Shown: positions 1 through 10,100 of the stretch, piece by piece | How positions within the stretch are numbered: the stretch's first letter is position 1 | Layout of the letters: every line of letters begins with the position of its first letter | NCBI GenBank assembly: GCA_963754945.1 | Contig: CAVWIG010000007.1 | Coordinates: forward strand, 50,134 to 114,133 | From: Methanotrichaceae archaeon | Lineage (GTDB): Archaea; Halobacteriota; Methanosarcinia; Methanotrichales; Methanotrichaceae | Reading direction: 5' to 3' | Length of the DNA stretch: 64,000 nt | Notes under the pieces: generated by a model | The model's input: the letters and a program-made list of their open reading frames with translations, nothing else | Told to the model about the DNA's origin: nothing | Database searches by the model: none | Program-made: the position numbers and the translations under genes

Positions 1-1525
1 CCCACTGCCGGGAGGATTGCCCGCAAGGTGGACCGCCACAGCCATCGATCCGGACGGAGATCCAACCCTGTACAGGTTCTGGCTGAAGGGCCCGTCCACC
101 GGAAACAACTGGAAGATAGTCCAGGACTGGTCTCTTAGCAACACCTGGATCTGGGCCACCAGTCCCGCTAATGCCGGTGACTATACGGTGTACGTCTATG
201 CCAGGGATGGCAAGCATGCCGGTCCTAATGGTTACGATAGCTCCCTTGGAGAAGCTTACACTGTGCTTCAGTCCAACAAGCCTCCTCAAATCAGAGGATT
301 GACTCCCGACCTTCCCAGCCCCCAGTACGCAGGGACACCCATAAGATGGACTGCCATCGCATCGGACCCGGAGCCTGAACCCATTCTCTACCGGTTCTGG
401 CTTAAGGGTCCGTCTACGGGAAATGCTTGGAAGAACGTCCAGGACTGGTCCAACAACAACGTATGGATCTGGACGGACAAGCCTTCCGATGCTGGGAACT
501 ACACAGTTTATGTGTACGCAAGGGATGGGTGGAATGCCGGCCCGAACGGGTACGATAGTGCCCTTGGCCGGACTTTCTCTCTTTCCAACCCAGCAACAGT
601 GAAACAGGTAACCTCTGGTCCAGCACCAAAGGATAAGCCTTCCTTGATACACACGGGCGAAGGCTATCTCATGGCCTACCAGTCGTGGGATCTAGGCAAC
701 AGCAACAATGGAGACATCTTCCTCCAGAAGTTTGATCCACTGTGGGGCGCGATTGGAAATGCTTGGGCAACCAATGATACGGCCTTCCAGGACTCACCTT
801 CGGTGATCTCCTCTGGCGGAAACTACTATGTTGCATACGTCTCCAACGAGACCGGCAACATGAACATTTTCTTGAAGAAGTTCGACGCCAACCTGAACCT
901 GATCGATACCAAACAGCTTACCGACTCACCGGTAGATCAGGACTCGCCCTCGCTCATCCAGGCGGGCAACGAGTTCTATCTGGCCTACCAGTCCTGGGAC
1001 ACAGGATCGGATAACGGCGGCGACATCTTCGTATCGAGGTTTGATCAGAACTGGAACCCTATCGACAGGGTCCAGGTAACGGATCTAACAACGTACCAGG
1101 ATCATCCATCGATAACCTTCGATGGCGTGAACTTCTACGTGGCCTATGTCTCCAGGGAGACTGGCAATCTGGAAATCTTCGTCAAGAGGTTTGACGAGAA
1201 CCTTAACCCCTTGGATACGAAACAGATTACAACAGACACTTCGGATCAGGACTACCCATCGCTGAACTACACAAGTGGTGTGTTCAATCTCCTGTACAGC
1301 TCGAAGAAGGGCGGGAACTACGACGTTTACATCAACAGGTTCGACAGCAACTGGAAACCCATAGACCGCGCAGATGTAGTGACGGCTACAGGAGACATGA
1401 CCTCAGCAACCTTTGCCTACAGCCCCTCCGACGGACTGTACTGGCTGGCCTATGTCTCTAAGGATGTCACAGGCCAGAACATCTACGTCAAATCCGTGAA
1501 ACTGCCGAGCATACCCATACGTTAG
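1..1525 (+). CDS. Probable cell-surface protein, 5'-partial: two Ig-like (triple-tyrosine-type) repeats followed by beta-propeller-like repeats
   Basis: Frame open from the window edge to TAG 1523-1525. Two near-identical domains (WTA.A.DP..YRFWLKGPSTGN.WK.VQDWS...YTVYVYARDG) are followed by repeating QDSPS/YVAYVS/IF.K.FD units. Confidence 0.75.
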   Translation, partial: PLPGGLPARWTATAIDPDGDPTLYRFWLKGPSTGNNWKIVQDWSLSNTWIWATSPANAGDYTVYVYARDGKHAGPNGYDSSLGEAYTVLQSNKPPQIRGLTPDLPSPQYAGTPIRWTAIASDPEPEPILYRFWLKGPSTGNAWKNVQDWSNNNVWIWTDKPSDAGNYTVYVYARDGWNAGPNGYDSALGRTFSLSNPATVKQVTSGPAPKDKPSLIHTGEGYLMAYQSWDLGNSNNGDIFLQKFDPLWGAIGNAWATNDTAFQDSPSVISSGGNYYVAYVSNETGNMNIFLKKFDANLNLIDTKQLTDSPVDQDSPSLIQAGNEFYLAYQSWDTGSDNGGDIFVSRFDQNWNPIDRVQVTDLTTYQDHPSITFDGVNFYVAYVSRETGNLEIFVKRFDENLNPLDTKQITTDTSDQDYPSLNYTSGVFNLLYSSKKGGNYDVYINRFDSNWKPIDRADVVTATGDMTSATFAYSPSDGLYWLAYVSKDVTGQNIYVKSVKLPSIPIR

Positions 1526-1573
1526 CGTAGATGCACGTCGGCAGAAAAAGTGCCTGCAAAGTGAGTAAAAATA

Positions 1574-1606
1574 GAGATGGCATGACTGTGCCATCTCGAC
1601 TTTTTT
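1574..1606. terminator. Hairpin plus T-tract between convergent genes
   Basis: GAGATGGCA-tgactg-TGCCATCTC followed by gacTTTTTT, located between two convergent stop codons. Confidence 0.5.
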
Positions 1607-1715
1607 CGGCCTGAAGCCAAATTATATAAGTGGACGAAGTAATTAACCTATTTAGTCTTGTTAACCTGCGTATATTTGCTGATTCGCCGAATATCATTTT
1701 CCAGGAGTTCTTCAT

Positions 1716-2429
1716 TTACCTGGTCTTCTTGAGAATAGTGCCTCCAAACATGGCAGTGCTCGCTCCTTTATTTATCTCCGTGTGATTGATTAAGGCGGAA
1801 ACCGGCGAGGCAATGCTGGTCTTCAGGTTCTCCTCAAATGGGTACGGCATTACCAAGAGACAAGGTCTTGCGTCGCTGTTTATCGACTTGAACTCGACGC
1901 TGTAGTTTTTATCGCTGAAGGTCATCAGAAGGAATGATACCTTATCGCCTTTTGTTTTAGCTTCCTTGAGTATCTTGGATACGTCGAACACTTGGCCGTC
2001 GTTTGTGCTAACTTCCATCTGGCTTATGTCATTCTTCTGAATCAAGTTCAATATTGGCTCCATGTTGGCAATGAAACTCAAGTAACCTGAGTTCTCGTCC
2101 CAGTTAGATCCCATGGGCATCAGCACGACCAAATTGGTTGCATTTGAGCTCTTCGTTACGTTTGCTACCCTGAGGACGAGAATTCCTATGTCGGTACCCG
2201 AAATATTCAGACTGGAGATATTGAACTGTATAATAGATGCAGTTATATTGCTTGCATTCTCACCCGTCTGCATATTGCATTTAAGGATACTGGTGTTGTT
2301 TTGCACCTGCAGGGTTTTCATGTCAATATAAATTGCCTTCGAGGCAGGAATTTTTGTGGTATCTCCAAAACCAGTGCTCGTCAAACCGACGAGGAACACC
2401 AAAATCAGCAAGATCGGCGTTTTATGCAT
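1716..2429 (-). CDS. Secreted hypothetical protein (DNRLRE-like beta-sandwich)
   Basis: Hydrophobic signal peptide; motifs IIQFNISSL, WDEN, FDVSKIL and EFKS...P.LLV resemble DNRLRE/disaggregatase-related domains. Confidence 0.6.
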   Translation of the reverse strand: MHKTPILLILVFLVGLTSTGFGDTTKIPASKAIYIDMKTLQVQNNTSILKCNMQTGENASNITASIIQFNISSLNISGTDIGILVLRVANVTKSSNATNLVVLMPMGSNWDENSGYLSFIANMEPILNLIQKNDISQMEVSTNDGQVFDVSKILKEAKTKGDKVSFLLMTFSDKNYSVEFKSINSDARPCLLVMPYPFEENLKTSIASPVSALINHTEINKGASTAMFGGTILKKTR

Positions 2430-2531
2430 CCTTCATCTCTCCCAAACGGTTGATCAATTTAAAGCCATAATATTTAAAATTATAGATCCTACAGTTTTGA
2501 TCATATCCGGCAAATTTATTTTTAAATGAAT

Positions 2532-2553
2532 ACCCCGCTGCTTGCAGCGGGGT
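2532..2553. repeat. GC-rich palindrome, possible IS200/IS605-type end or MITE remnant
   Basis: ACCCCGCTGC-tt-GCAGCGGGGT perfect inverted repeat in an AT-rich intergenic region. Confidence 0.5.
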
Positions 2554-2709
2554 GCGCTTTTTGACTTTTCTATAACGATTTTTATTCTCCCATCCAATTT
2601 GATTGTCTCGAGTGGTCGATGAAATTATAGTTCAAAAAATGTCAATCATTGTCGTTGCCACTGGGTTGGTCTTGATGCCGAACGATCCATCGCTTCAAAA
2701 AAAATAGCC

Positions 2710-5700
2710 TTACATGAAGTCTGCCAGCCCCGTCTGCTTGGCTTTGTCGCTCTTGAAGAGCGAATCTATCTCCAGCTTTAGAAGCTGTAGCCTCTGCTTG
2801 GTGTAGCTGCTGACACCGTACTCCTCAGCCACTTTTATTGAGACTTCCAGGTACTTCCGGACGCTTCCTTCGTGCACAGTAAGGATCATCCTGCCGGCGC
2901 ACTTCGGGCAGACCTCCTTGAGCGGAGGTCGGCGATACTTGGTGCCGCACTTGACGCACCTCACCTTCTGTTTCGAGAAGGCGTGCAGGTTTCCTATCAG
3001 ATCCGGCAGGAAGTGGGAGTTTATGACCCTCTCGGCAACGTCAGTCTCGTCCACAGCTCGGATCATCCTGGCTAGTTCGAGCTGAGCATCCATCTTGTCG
3101 ACCATGGTCTCCAGGGTCTTGTAAGAGCTGTTTTTCGGTCCTGATGCGATGTTCGTCGTGTCGAAGGAGAATCCAAAGCCCTCGTACTGGGCGTCGGAAC
3201 CGAGCCGCTTGGAGACCAAATCGATCTTGCTTTCCAGATCTTTGGGGTTTGCATTGTTCATCGTGGCCGTGTAAAACTCCAGAGGGTAGGAGTACGAAAG
3301 GTCCAGGTTGTGGGCTTCTTTATCGACCTCGGCTGGGTTCAGTCTGGTAGTCATGACTAGGGGGGCATCCATCCTGCCGCCCCTCCGTGCTGGCAGGTAT
3401 GACATTGAGAAGTTGATCAGGGCGTCCATTAGCAGCATGACGCAGTCTTCGTCGCCGTCGCAATTCCTGCGCTTGGCTGCATGGAAGAAGGGATGGCCAA
3501 AGCCAGCCGAGGCCGTTGTGTAGCCGATGAGCCTGCAGAGGACTCCTGCGGATGTGTGTGGGGCCAGGCCGACGAACAGTTCACCCAAGAGATCCTCAGA
3601 CGATCCGGCTTTGTAGAAAGGGGCGAGATTGTAGAACTTAACAAGAAGATCGTCTACGAACTGTGCGACCTTGAGCAGATAACCGCCAGCGTCCTTGGAC
3701 AGGATTATGTCCTGGACTTTCAGCTCGCATGTCTGGTCGGCACTTGTCAAAAGCTTTCCCTTGAAGTCTTCGGTGTACCCGATCTCCTTTAGCTTCTCCA
3801 GGCTGGTGCCTATCTCGGATGGCCGGAAGTGGGTTAGTGGGAGATCGGTCAGGTCGTATCTGATTGTGCCGTCCTTGAAGATGTTGATCCCGTGCTTGGC
3901 CCGAAGAATGCCCTTCTCCAGGGGCTCAGGGGTTTTGTCCCGCGAGGTCAGACCAATGACGCCCTTAAGGGCGTTCGGCTCGCGTTCGTTGAGGTTGGCC
4001 AAGGCCTCTGAATAGAGCTTCTTTACATCGATGTGCATCTTAGACGCTGCCGAGGTTTCTTCGCCGCATCTCGGGCAACGCTCAACGGCTGGAATGTTGC
4101 ATTTCGGACAGACTCTTTTTTTGTCAGTGTGTCCACCGCATTTGCACAGGAAGGAAAATCCTTCCTTGCCGCAGCTCCTGCAAACCCGCCGCTCGATCTC
4201 AACGTCGATGAATCCTGTTGTGTTCCCTAGGGTTCGCTTGGCCGCATCCTGGATGGACCTGGACTTGCCCCCGGCGTCGGACGTTGGAAACAGCACGTGG
4301 GGTGGTGGCTTCATCAGGCGCTTATCGGACTTTTCCGGCCTTCCCATGCGGCATCCTATCCTGGTCAGGGCTCTAGGCATGATGGGGATGCCTGCGAACC
4401 TGTTCGCTCCCTCCAGGGGAGTGCAGTCTAAAATCTCCCAGGTCTTTTTCAACCCGTCAGGATCGATTCCCAAGCAGAGCAGCAGAGGATCGGGATCTTC
4501 GATGATGATCTTGCCTTCTCTGACCTTGTGAAGAACCAACAGTGTCTCCAGGGTATCCTTCACCGTTGTTGGAAGGATCAGCCTTCCCGAGTCCATTGCT
4601 CCATCGGAAGAGACCGCAGCAGCAAGGTGTTCGAACTTCTCGGTCGAGATGTCGTGCCAGAGGTAGGTGTGGGCAGGGTGGAGGGGAACGTTGTACTTTC
4701 TGGACAGATCTATAGCTTCCTTGCTGCTGATCTTTTCAAGGCCGACAGGATCTCCTCCTGCCTGGACAAGCTCGGCTGCCCACCACTCGTAGCAGTAGGA
4801 AGCCGGTGCCAGGGGTCGGTTGTTCTCCAGGAACTCACCATAGCTTATTAGAATCTCGCCGAGGTCGATTATCTTTGACACGTGTGCCCTGATGGCGGTG
4901 GCCACAGTCCTCGGGTCTTTGCTGACCGGCATCCAGGAGAGAACTTCCTCCGCCGAGTCGATCCTGACCAGATCGCCGTTGATGAGTCGGACTGTGGGGC
5001 CCTCTATGGAGGTTACCGGAGCGACGGCAGCCGCCTTGCCGGGCTGCTCGACTTTGATCTGGGTACCTGCAGCCATGAACTGTCCCAAGAGGACCATAGA
5101 AGCGGGGTTGATGCCAGCGGCGGCCAGACCGGTGTTCCTTGCCCTGCCGTACCTTAGTCGGAAGCCCCCTGGCCTGGACGGGTGTGAGAAAACGGGCCTT
5201 CCAGCGATCAGATCTCGCAGAAACTTGGGGCTTGCATCGCCGCTCTCTTTCTTGCTTCCTGCCAGGTCGTCGAGCCACTCCCAGCCCGTCAACCCTAATT
5301 TGGAGACGTGCTTTTTCAGCTTGGGCCTCTTGAGGGCTATGCCTTCAGCAGACACCAGGGCGATTCCACCCCGAACTCGGTTTGTCTCTATCCTTGCAAG
5401 GTCGCGAAAGCCTGAGACCTCTTCCTCCTCGGTAGGCTCGCCTTCTATACAGATGGGGCAGTTTTTGACTATTGTCCTGATCTCGTCGTCTGTTGGGTTG
5501 TACTGCAGGCCGGCCACTCTCTTGTACAGGCCGATCTCCTCGACGTAGCGTTCCACCTCTTCTGGCCTGGCCTTGTAGGCTGCGATCCCCACGCTTCTGC
5601 GGACGTAGTCGGCAACGAGAACGGACAGAGCCTGGGCAGTGCCTCCCGCGCTTCGGATGGGCCCAGCGTAGTAGACTTTGAGGTAGTCCGTTCCATCGTC

Positions 5701-6081
5701 GTTCTTTCCAAGTGCGACTTTGGCAATCCCCTCGATGGGCGCAGCCACAACGCCCTCTGTGAGCAGGGCAACCGCGGTTCTGATGGCGTTCTCAACGGCT
5801 TCGATCTTGGATTTGTTTGTTCCCAGCTTACCCTGAGCAAAATCTACGCCGATTGCAAGGGCCGCTTCCTCTCTGCTCAGGCCTTCCTCCTCAAGCTGCC
5901 TGATCCTGGCTGCAATGCCGGGTATGCCGATCAGCTTCTCTACCCTTTCCGCTAAGTCTACTGCTAGGGGAATCTCCACTTCAGTTGACGGGTCCTTTCC
6001 TTCCGACCTGGCCTTTTTGGCGATATCAAGGGCTTGGTCAAGACCGAGTTCTAGGGATTCGAAGTACTCGAAAGTCTTCAT
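2710..6081 (-). CDS. polC: DNA polymerase II large subunit (PolD DP2)
   Basis: Motifs [32 protein letters not shown] and [20 protein letters not shown] plus Zn fingers. ATG at 6081 overlaps the upstream stop (TGATG). No intein. Confidence 0.98.
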   Translation of the reverse strand: MKTFEYFESLELGLDQALDIAKKARSEGKDPSTEVEIPLAVDLAERVEKLIGIPGIAARIRQLEEEGLSREEAALAIGVDFAQGKLGTNKSKIEAVENAIRTAVALLTEGVVAAPIEGIAKVALGKNDDGTDYLKVYYAGPIRSAGGTAQALSVLVADYVRRSVGIAAYKARPEEVERYVEEIGLYKRVAGLQYNPTDDEIRTIVKNCPICIEGEPTEEEEVSGFRDLARIETNRVRGGIALVSAEGIALKRPKLKKHVSKLGLTGWEWLDDLAGSKKESGDASPKFLRDLIAGRPVFSHPSRPGGFRLRYGRARNTGLAAAGINPASMVLLGQFMAAGTQIKVEQPGKAAAVAPVTSIEGPTVRLINGDLVRIDSAEEVLSWMPVSKDPRTVATAIRAHVSKIIDLGEILISYGEFLENNRPLAPASYCYEWWAAELVQAGGDPVGLEKISSKEAIDLSRKYNVPLHPAHTYLWHDISTEKFEHLAAAVSSDGAMDSGRLILPTTVKDTLETLLVLHKVREGKIIIEDPDPLLLCLGIDPDGLKKTWEILDCTPLEGANRFAGIPIMPRALTRIGCRMGRPEKSDKRLMKPPPHVLFPTSDAGGKSRSIQDAAKRTLGNTTGFIDVEIERRVCRSCGKEGFSFLCKCGGHTDKKRVCPKCNIPAVERCPRCGEETSAASKMHIDVKKLYSEALANLNEREPNALKGVIGLTSRDKTPEPLEKGILRAKHGINIFKDGTIRYDLTDLPLTHFRPSEIGTSLEKLKEIGYTEDFKGKLLTSADQTCELKVQDIILSKDAGGYLLKVAQFVDDLLVKFYNLAPFYKAGSSEDLLGELFVGLAPHTSAGVLCRLIGYTTASAGFGHPFFHAAKRRNCDGDEDCVMLLMDALINFSMSYLPARRGGRMDAPLVMTTRLNPAEVDKEAHNLDLSYSYPLEFYTATMNNANPKDLESKIDLVSKRLGSDAQYEGFGFSFDTTNIASGPKNSSYKTLETMVDKMDAQLELARMIRAVDETDVAERVINSHFLPDLIGNLHAFSKQKVRCVKCGTKYRRPPLKEVCPKCAGRMILTVHEGSVRKYLEVSIKVAEEYGVSSYTKQRLQLLKLEIDSLFKSDKAKQTGLADFM

Positions 6082-6512
6082 CAACCACTCCAAAGATAAA
6101 GGCCGGTCGTTTGATCACTCTCTCTTACCATTGGCTCGCCCAAGAGCTCAATCAAGAACAGCTCTGCTGCGAATATATTTCCATGAAGCAGGTGGCCACC
6201 TATTGTTTTGCCGTCGGAGTCGGCGAGAACGACATGGGCATGTACAAAGGGCTTCCCTTCTCTGATGGATACGTTGCCAGCGCACGAGACAAGCTCTGCA
6301 TTCTCTTCAACTAGGAGCGAGCTATATTCACGAAATTCCTGATCATAGAACGCTATCTCTGCTTGTGTCAGTGCACCTATTACGCTGAACGTACCAGTAC
6401 GGATGCCTTCATCGGCTGCAAGCTTGGAAATCTGGTCCACTAAGTCAGCACCATGGTCAAGCCTCACAAGCAGGGACCTGCCGCGTTTGAACTCTCTTAC
6501 AAGCAATCCCAT
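6081..6512 (-). CDS. PPC (DUF296) domain protein
   Basis: [16 protein letters not shown]...[10 protein letters not shown]...GGHL motifs; probable start at MGLLV. Confidence 0.9.
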   Translation of the reverse strand: MGLLVREFKRGRSLLVRLDHGADLVDQISKLAADEGIRTGTFSVIGALTQAEIAFYDQEFREYSSLLVEENAELVSCAGNVSIREGKPFVHAHVVLADSDGKTIGGHLLHGNIFAAELFLIELLGEPMVRESDQTTGLYLWSG

Positions 6513-6997
6513 CCCTCGCTTCATCTTCGATCTCAAGAGGTAGGGCCACTTAGCTATCAATTTGGCGGATCGGGTTGATGTAATGCTTGACCGTCAAGGT
6601 TTTCTAATTGGTAGAATGCCAGTTGGACGGATCTTGAAGCATATTAAGGATCACATCTTGGAAATGATACTAAGGAAGAAAAGCTCGTAACTGGGAGAAG
6701 ATAAATTTCTGTGTTTCTCACTGTCGATTTTGGACATCTTCGTATAATTTATAACATTTTAACCCCTCCTCTTCCTGTGTGCATGTGGCTCCAATGTTTC
6801 TGATTCTCTCCAGGATAGAAGTATGAATGCTATATTATTATTTATACTGTTAATATCTTTCGATATCCGTAAAAACAGTCAAACTTTTATTAGTTAACAT
6901 TTCCACTGGAGATCTCGAATTATATAGATCGACTTTGGGAAACCACATCGAGATCCAAAGCGTTATCTATTTTTGGTCGAAGATTTACCTTAAAACG

Positions 6998-7961
6998 ATG
7001 AATCTAGAGTCTCTGGTGGCCGAGCTTCGAGGTTTTGTGGGAATAACCCGAAAGAAGCAGATAGGAGATCTCATAGAGCATTTTCCTGTTCTCTCAGAGC
7101 AGATAATCGCGGACTTCGGAGAGGATGCCGCTGTTATAGACGATGGCGATGATGTTTTGCTCTTCGCGGCGGACGGGATCTGGTCAAAGCTCATGGAAGC
7201 GGACCCGGAATGGTCCGGGTACTGCTCTGTTCTCGTTAACGTGCACGACATCGCCGCTATGGGCGGATGGCCGATAGCCATGGTGGACGTGCTTTCCGTC
7301 AGCTCTCCCCGGATAGCCGAGGCTGTCTTGCGAGGCATGAGGAATGGCATAGAGAAGTTCAACGTGCCCATAATCGGAGGTCATCTCCACCCGGACACGC
7401 CTTACAGCGCTCTTGACGTGGCCATCCTCGGCAAGGCCAGAAAGGATTCGGTCATCCTCAGCAGCACGGCCCGTCCGGGCGATGCCATATTAGCCGCTGC
7501 GGATTTGGATGGAGCACCCCATCCGAAGTTCGCGATCAACTTCGACTCCACCAGCTTCAAGGAAGGGGAGACGCTTGCCAGGCAGCTAGGGTCCATGAGG
7601 GAGCTGGGCGAGCGGCATCTAGTCACTGCTGGAAAGGACATAAGCAACCCCGGCCTGCTGGGAACGCTGGGGATGCTGCTGGAGACGAGCGGGGTAGGGG
7701 CAGTTGTGGATCTGGATTTCATACCAGTTCCCGCAGGGTTGCAGCTCTCCGACTGGCTGAAGATGTACCCCGGCATGGGGTTTGTTGTCACCGCCAAGCC
7801 GGAAAACGTGCACGACGTCATCGACGTTTTCAGAGATCGTGGTCTAACGGCGGCCAGGATAGGCAGCACAACGGCAGATCGGAGACTGGTCATCCGACAG
7901 GGCACGAAGGAGGCAGTGCTCTTCGATTTTGCCAAAGGACACTGTAACAGGGATCAGGTGA
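6998..7961 (+). CDS. Methanogenesis marker protein 2 (AIR synthase/PurM-like); as assembled it reads through into the next gene
   Basis: FGEDAAVI, VNVHDIAAMGG, GGHLHPD and GKDISNPG motifs. Removing one A at 7934-7936 gives the ending AKDTVTGIR* with TGA at 7959-7961. Confidence 0.88.
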
Positions 7962-7966
7962 GGGTT

Positions 7967-8764
7967 GTGGATTCAGATTTCGTCAAATCGCTTCAAGATC
8001 GTGCCAGGTCGCGCCACGCCAGTATTGGAATAGGGATAAAGAACCTAGATGCCGACCTTATAAGCGGCCTTGAGGCAGCCACAGAGTACGCTGACCTCCT
8101 GCTTGTTGGCGATCCATGCTGCGACTGTGCCCTGGACTACATAACGCCCGAAGATCCCGCAACCGAGCTTGTGGACCTGTTAGCACGGGGAGAGATCGAT
8201 GGGGCGGTTAGGGGGAACATCTCTGCCTCCAAGGCGATGATGGCGCTGTCCAGGAAGTTCAACATCAAGGTCCGCAGGATGGCCCTCCTAGATCTGAATG
8301 GTTGGGCGTTCTTCCTAGCCCCTGTGGGAATCGACGAGGGAGAGACGCTGTCAGATAAGCTAAACCTGGTCCTGGATGGGGCGAAGTTCCTGCAGAGGAT
8401 GGGCATTTCGCCTACGATCTCTGTACTCTCTGGTGGCAGGGTGGAGGATGTGGGTCGCAACGAGCGCGTGGATAGAAGCCTGGCAGAAGGCGAGTTCGTA
8501 GCCGCCAGGGCGGCCGCCGCGGGCATAAACGCCCGGCACAGGGGAATACTGATTGAGGATTGTAGAGGAGATGACTTGATCCTGGCACCCGACGGGATCT
8601 CGGGAAACCTGATATTCAGGACGCTCATGCTGCTGTGCGGGGCTAAATCCTTAGGTGCGCCGGTTTTAATGGACCAGATCTTTGTGGACTCCAGCAGGGC
8701 ACGGACCGACTTCACTGGGCCGGTGATGCTGGCGAGTGCGATGGTCGGTATGAAGGAGAGTTAG
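7967..8764 (+). CDS. mtxX: Methanogenesis marker protein 4 (MtxX family)
   Basis: DGAVRG, FFLAPVGIDEG, VLSGGR.ED.GR, APDGISGNLIFR and FVDSSR motifs; GTG start after an AGGTGA RBS-like site. Confidence 0.85.
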   Translation: MDSDFVKSLQDRARSRHASIGIGIKNLDADLISGLEAATEYADLLLVGDPCCDCALDYITPEDPATELVDLLARGEIDGAVRGNISASKAMMALSRKFNIKVRRMALLDLNGWAFFLAPVGIDEGETLSDKLNLVLDGAKFLQRMGISPTISVLSGGRVEDVGRNERVDRSLAEGEFVAARAAAAGINARHRGILIEDCRGDDLILAPDGISGNLIFRTLMLLCGAKSLGAPVLMDQIFVDSSRARTDFTGPVMLASAMVGMKES

Positions 8765-8799
8765 GATCGATCCGATACTCTGAATCTCAAAAAGAAGAC

Positions 8800-9771
8800 A
8801 TGATGAAATTCTCACCGCGATTGGCAGCCAAAGCCCTGTGGCAGCTACGGGTCAGAAGAAGGCCCTACGTCCTTTCTCATGGCATTACCTCTCGGTGCAA
8901 TCTGCAGTGCAAATTCTGCGAATATTGGGAGAACCCTGGGAAAGAGATGAGCACTCCCGAGATATTCCGAATGCTCGACGATGCCAAGTCTTTTGGGATT
9001 GGCGTCTACAACGCCTGGACTGCCGAGCCCCTCATGAAGGAGGATTTGCAGGAGATCTTGCACCATGCAAAAAGACTCGGGCTGATCACATCGCTCATAA
9101 CCAACGGAAAGCTGCTGGCCCGCCGCGTTCACGAGCTTGGTGACCTGGACTACCTCTCGGTATCAGTGGATGGTATTGACTGCTACAAAGAGCTTCGCGG
9201 GATCGACCTTCAAGATGTGCTTGGCGGCATAAGAGCAGCTAAGACCGACGGCCACGAGATCCTCATGAACTGTATCATAAGCGGCAAAAACGTTGATGAG
9301 CTCGAAGATCTCGTCAATTTGGCAGAAGTGCTGGGCGTGCGGATCTCCTTTGAGCCTATAAATGAGTCTTCGGGAATCGCCAAAGAGGTCTGGGAAGAGC
9401 TTGGCATCAGGGACTTACCCAGATACCAGAAGGCAATAGACAGGCTGGTCGAGCTGAAGAAATCCGGAGCACCCATAATCAACTCCATCACCTACCTCAA
9501 GATGATCCGGTCCCTAAAGCCGGAGTTCAGGTGCCATGCCAGCGACATAATCCTGCACGTTACAGCAGACGGCACAATAGAGTGCTGCAGGTCCCAGAAG
9601 GCTACCCTGGGCCAGGTATCCGAAGGTTTATTAAATGTCTGGAAGGCGTCCGAGGAGACGCGCAAGAAGACCGCAGGTGAGTGCAAGGGATGTCTCTTCT
9701 TCGGGTATGTCGAAAACAGCCTACTATACGATATGGTTCCAGAGGTAATGTCTCATTACGAGTGGATGTGA
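8800..9771 (+). CDS. Radical SAM protein with C-terminal SPASM/twitch-like Cys motif
   Basis: CNLQCKFC (CX3CX2C) motif; C-terminal CHAS...CC...CKGC. Confidence 0.9.
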   Translation: MMKFSPRLAAKALWQLRVRRRPYVLSHGITSRCNLQCKFCEYWENPGKEMSTPEIFRMLDDAKSFGIGVYNAWTAEPLMKEDLQEILHHAKRLGLITSLITNGKLLARRVHELGDLDYLSVSVDGIDCYKELRGIDLQDVLGGIRAAKTDGHEILMNCIISGKNVDELEDLVNLAEVLGVRISFEPINESSGIAKEVWEELGIRDLPRYQKAIDRLVELKKSGAPIINSITYLKMIRSLKPEFRCHASDIILHVTADGTIECCRSQKATLGQVSEGLLNVWKASEETRKKTAGECKGCLFFGYVENSLLYDMVPEVMSHYEWM

Positions 9772-10100
9772 TGCTGGGCTATTGCGCCTGTGCACCACGA
9801 TGCCACCGTGTTAGAAAGTAGAGCTTTCCTGTCAGGAGGTCGTTTGGACGTTATATGAAAAGCACGTAGGTCGATGCAGGTTGTACACACTACTATCCGT
9901 TCAATATACCACTATTCTTTTCAATCCTCTGCGTTCAATTTTGAGAGATAACTGATTTTATAAGTAAGCTATTTAAGAATCAAAAATAGGAGGGTAATTA
10001 CGAGATTAACCGGTTGTTCAATACCGGGGACACTCATCTCTGTGTTTCAGCAGACACTGGCAGAACAGCACAGAAAAAGAAAAACTATGAGGTGTAAATC

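Noticed and set aside
2710-6081. Intein in PolD DP2
   Set aside because: The length is normal, the catalytic motif is uninterrupted, and no intein or LAGLIDADG motifs are seen.
2872-6314. Many antisense or shadow ORFs over polC and other GC-rich genes
   Set aside because: Expected by-products of codon bias, with no recognisable motifs.
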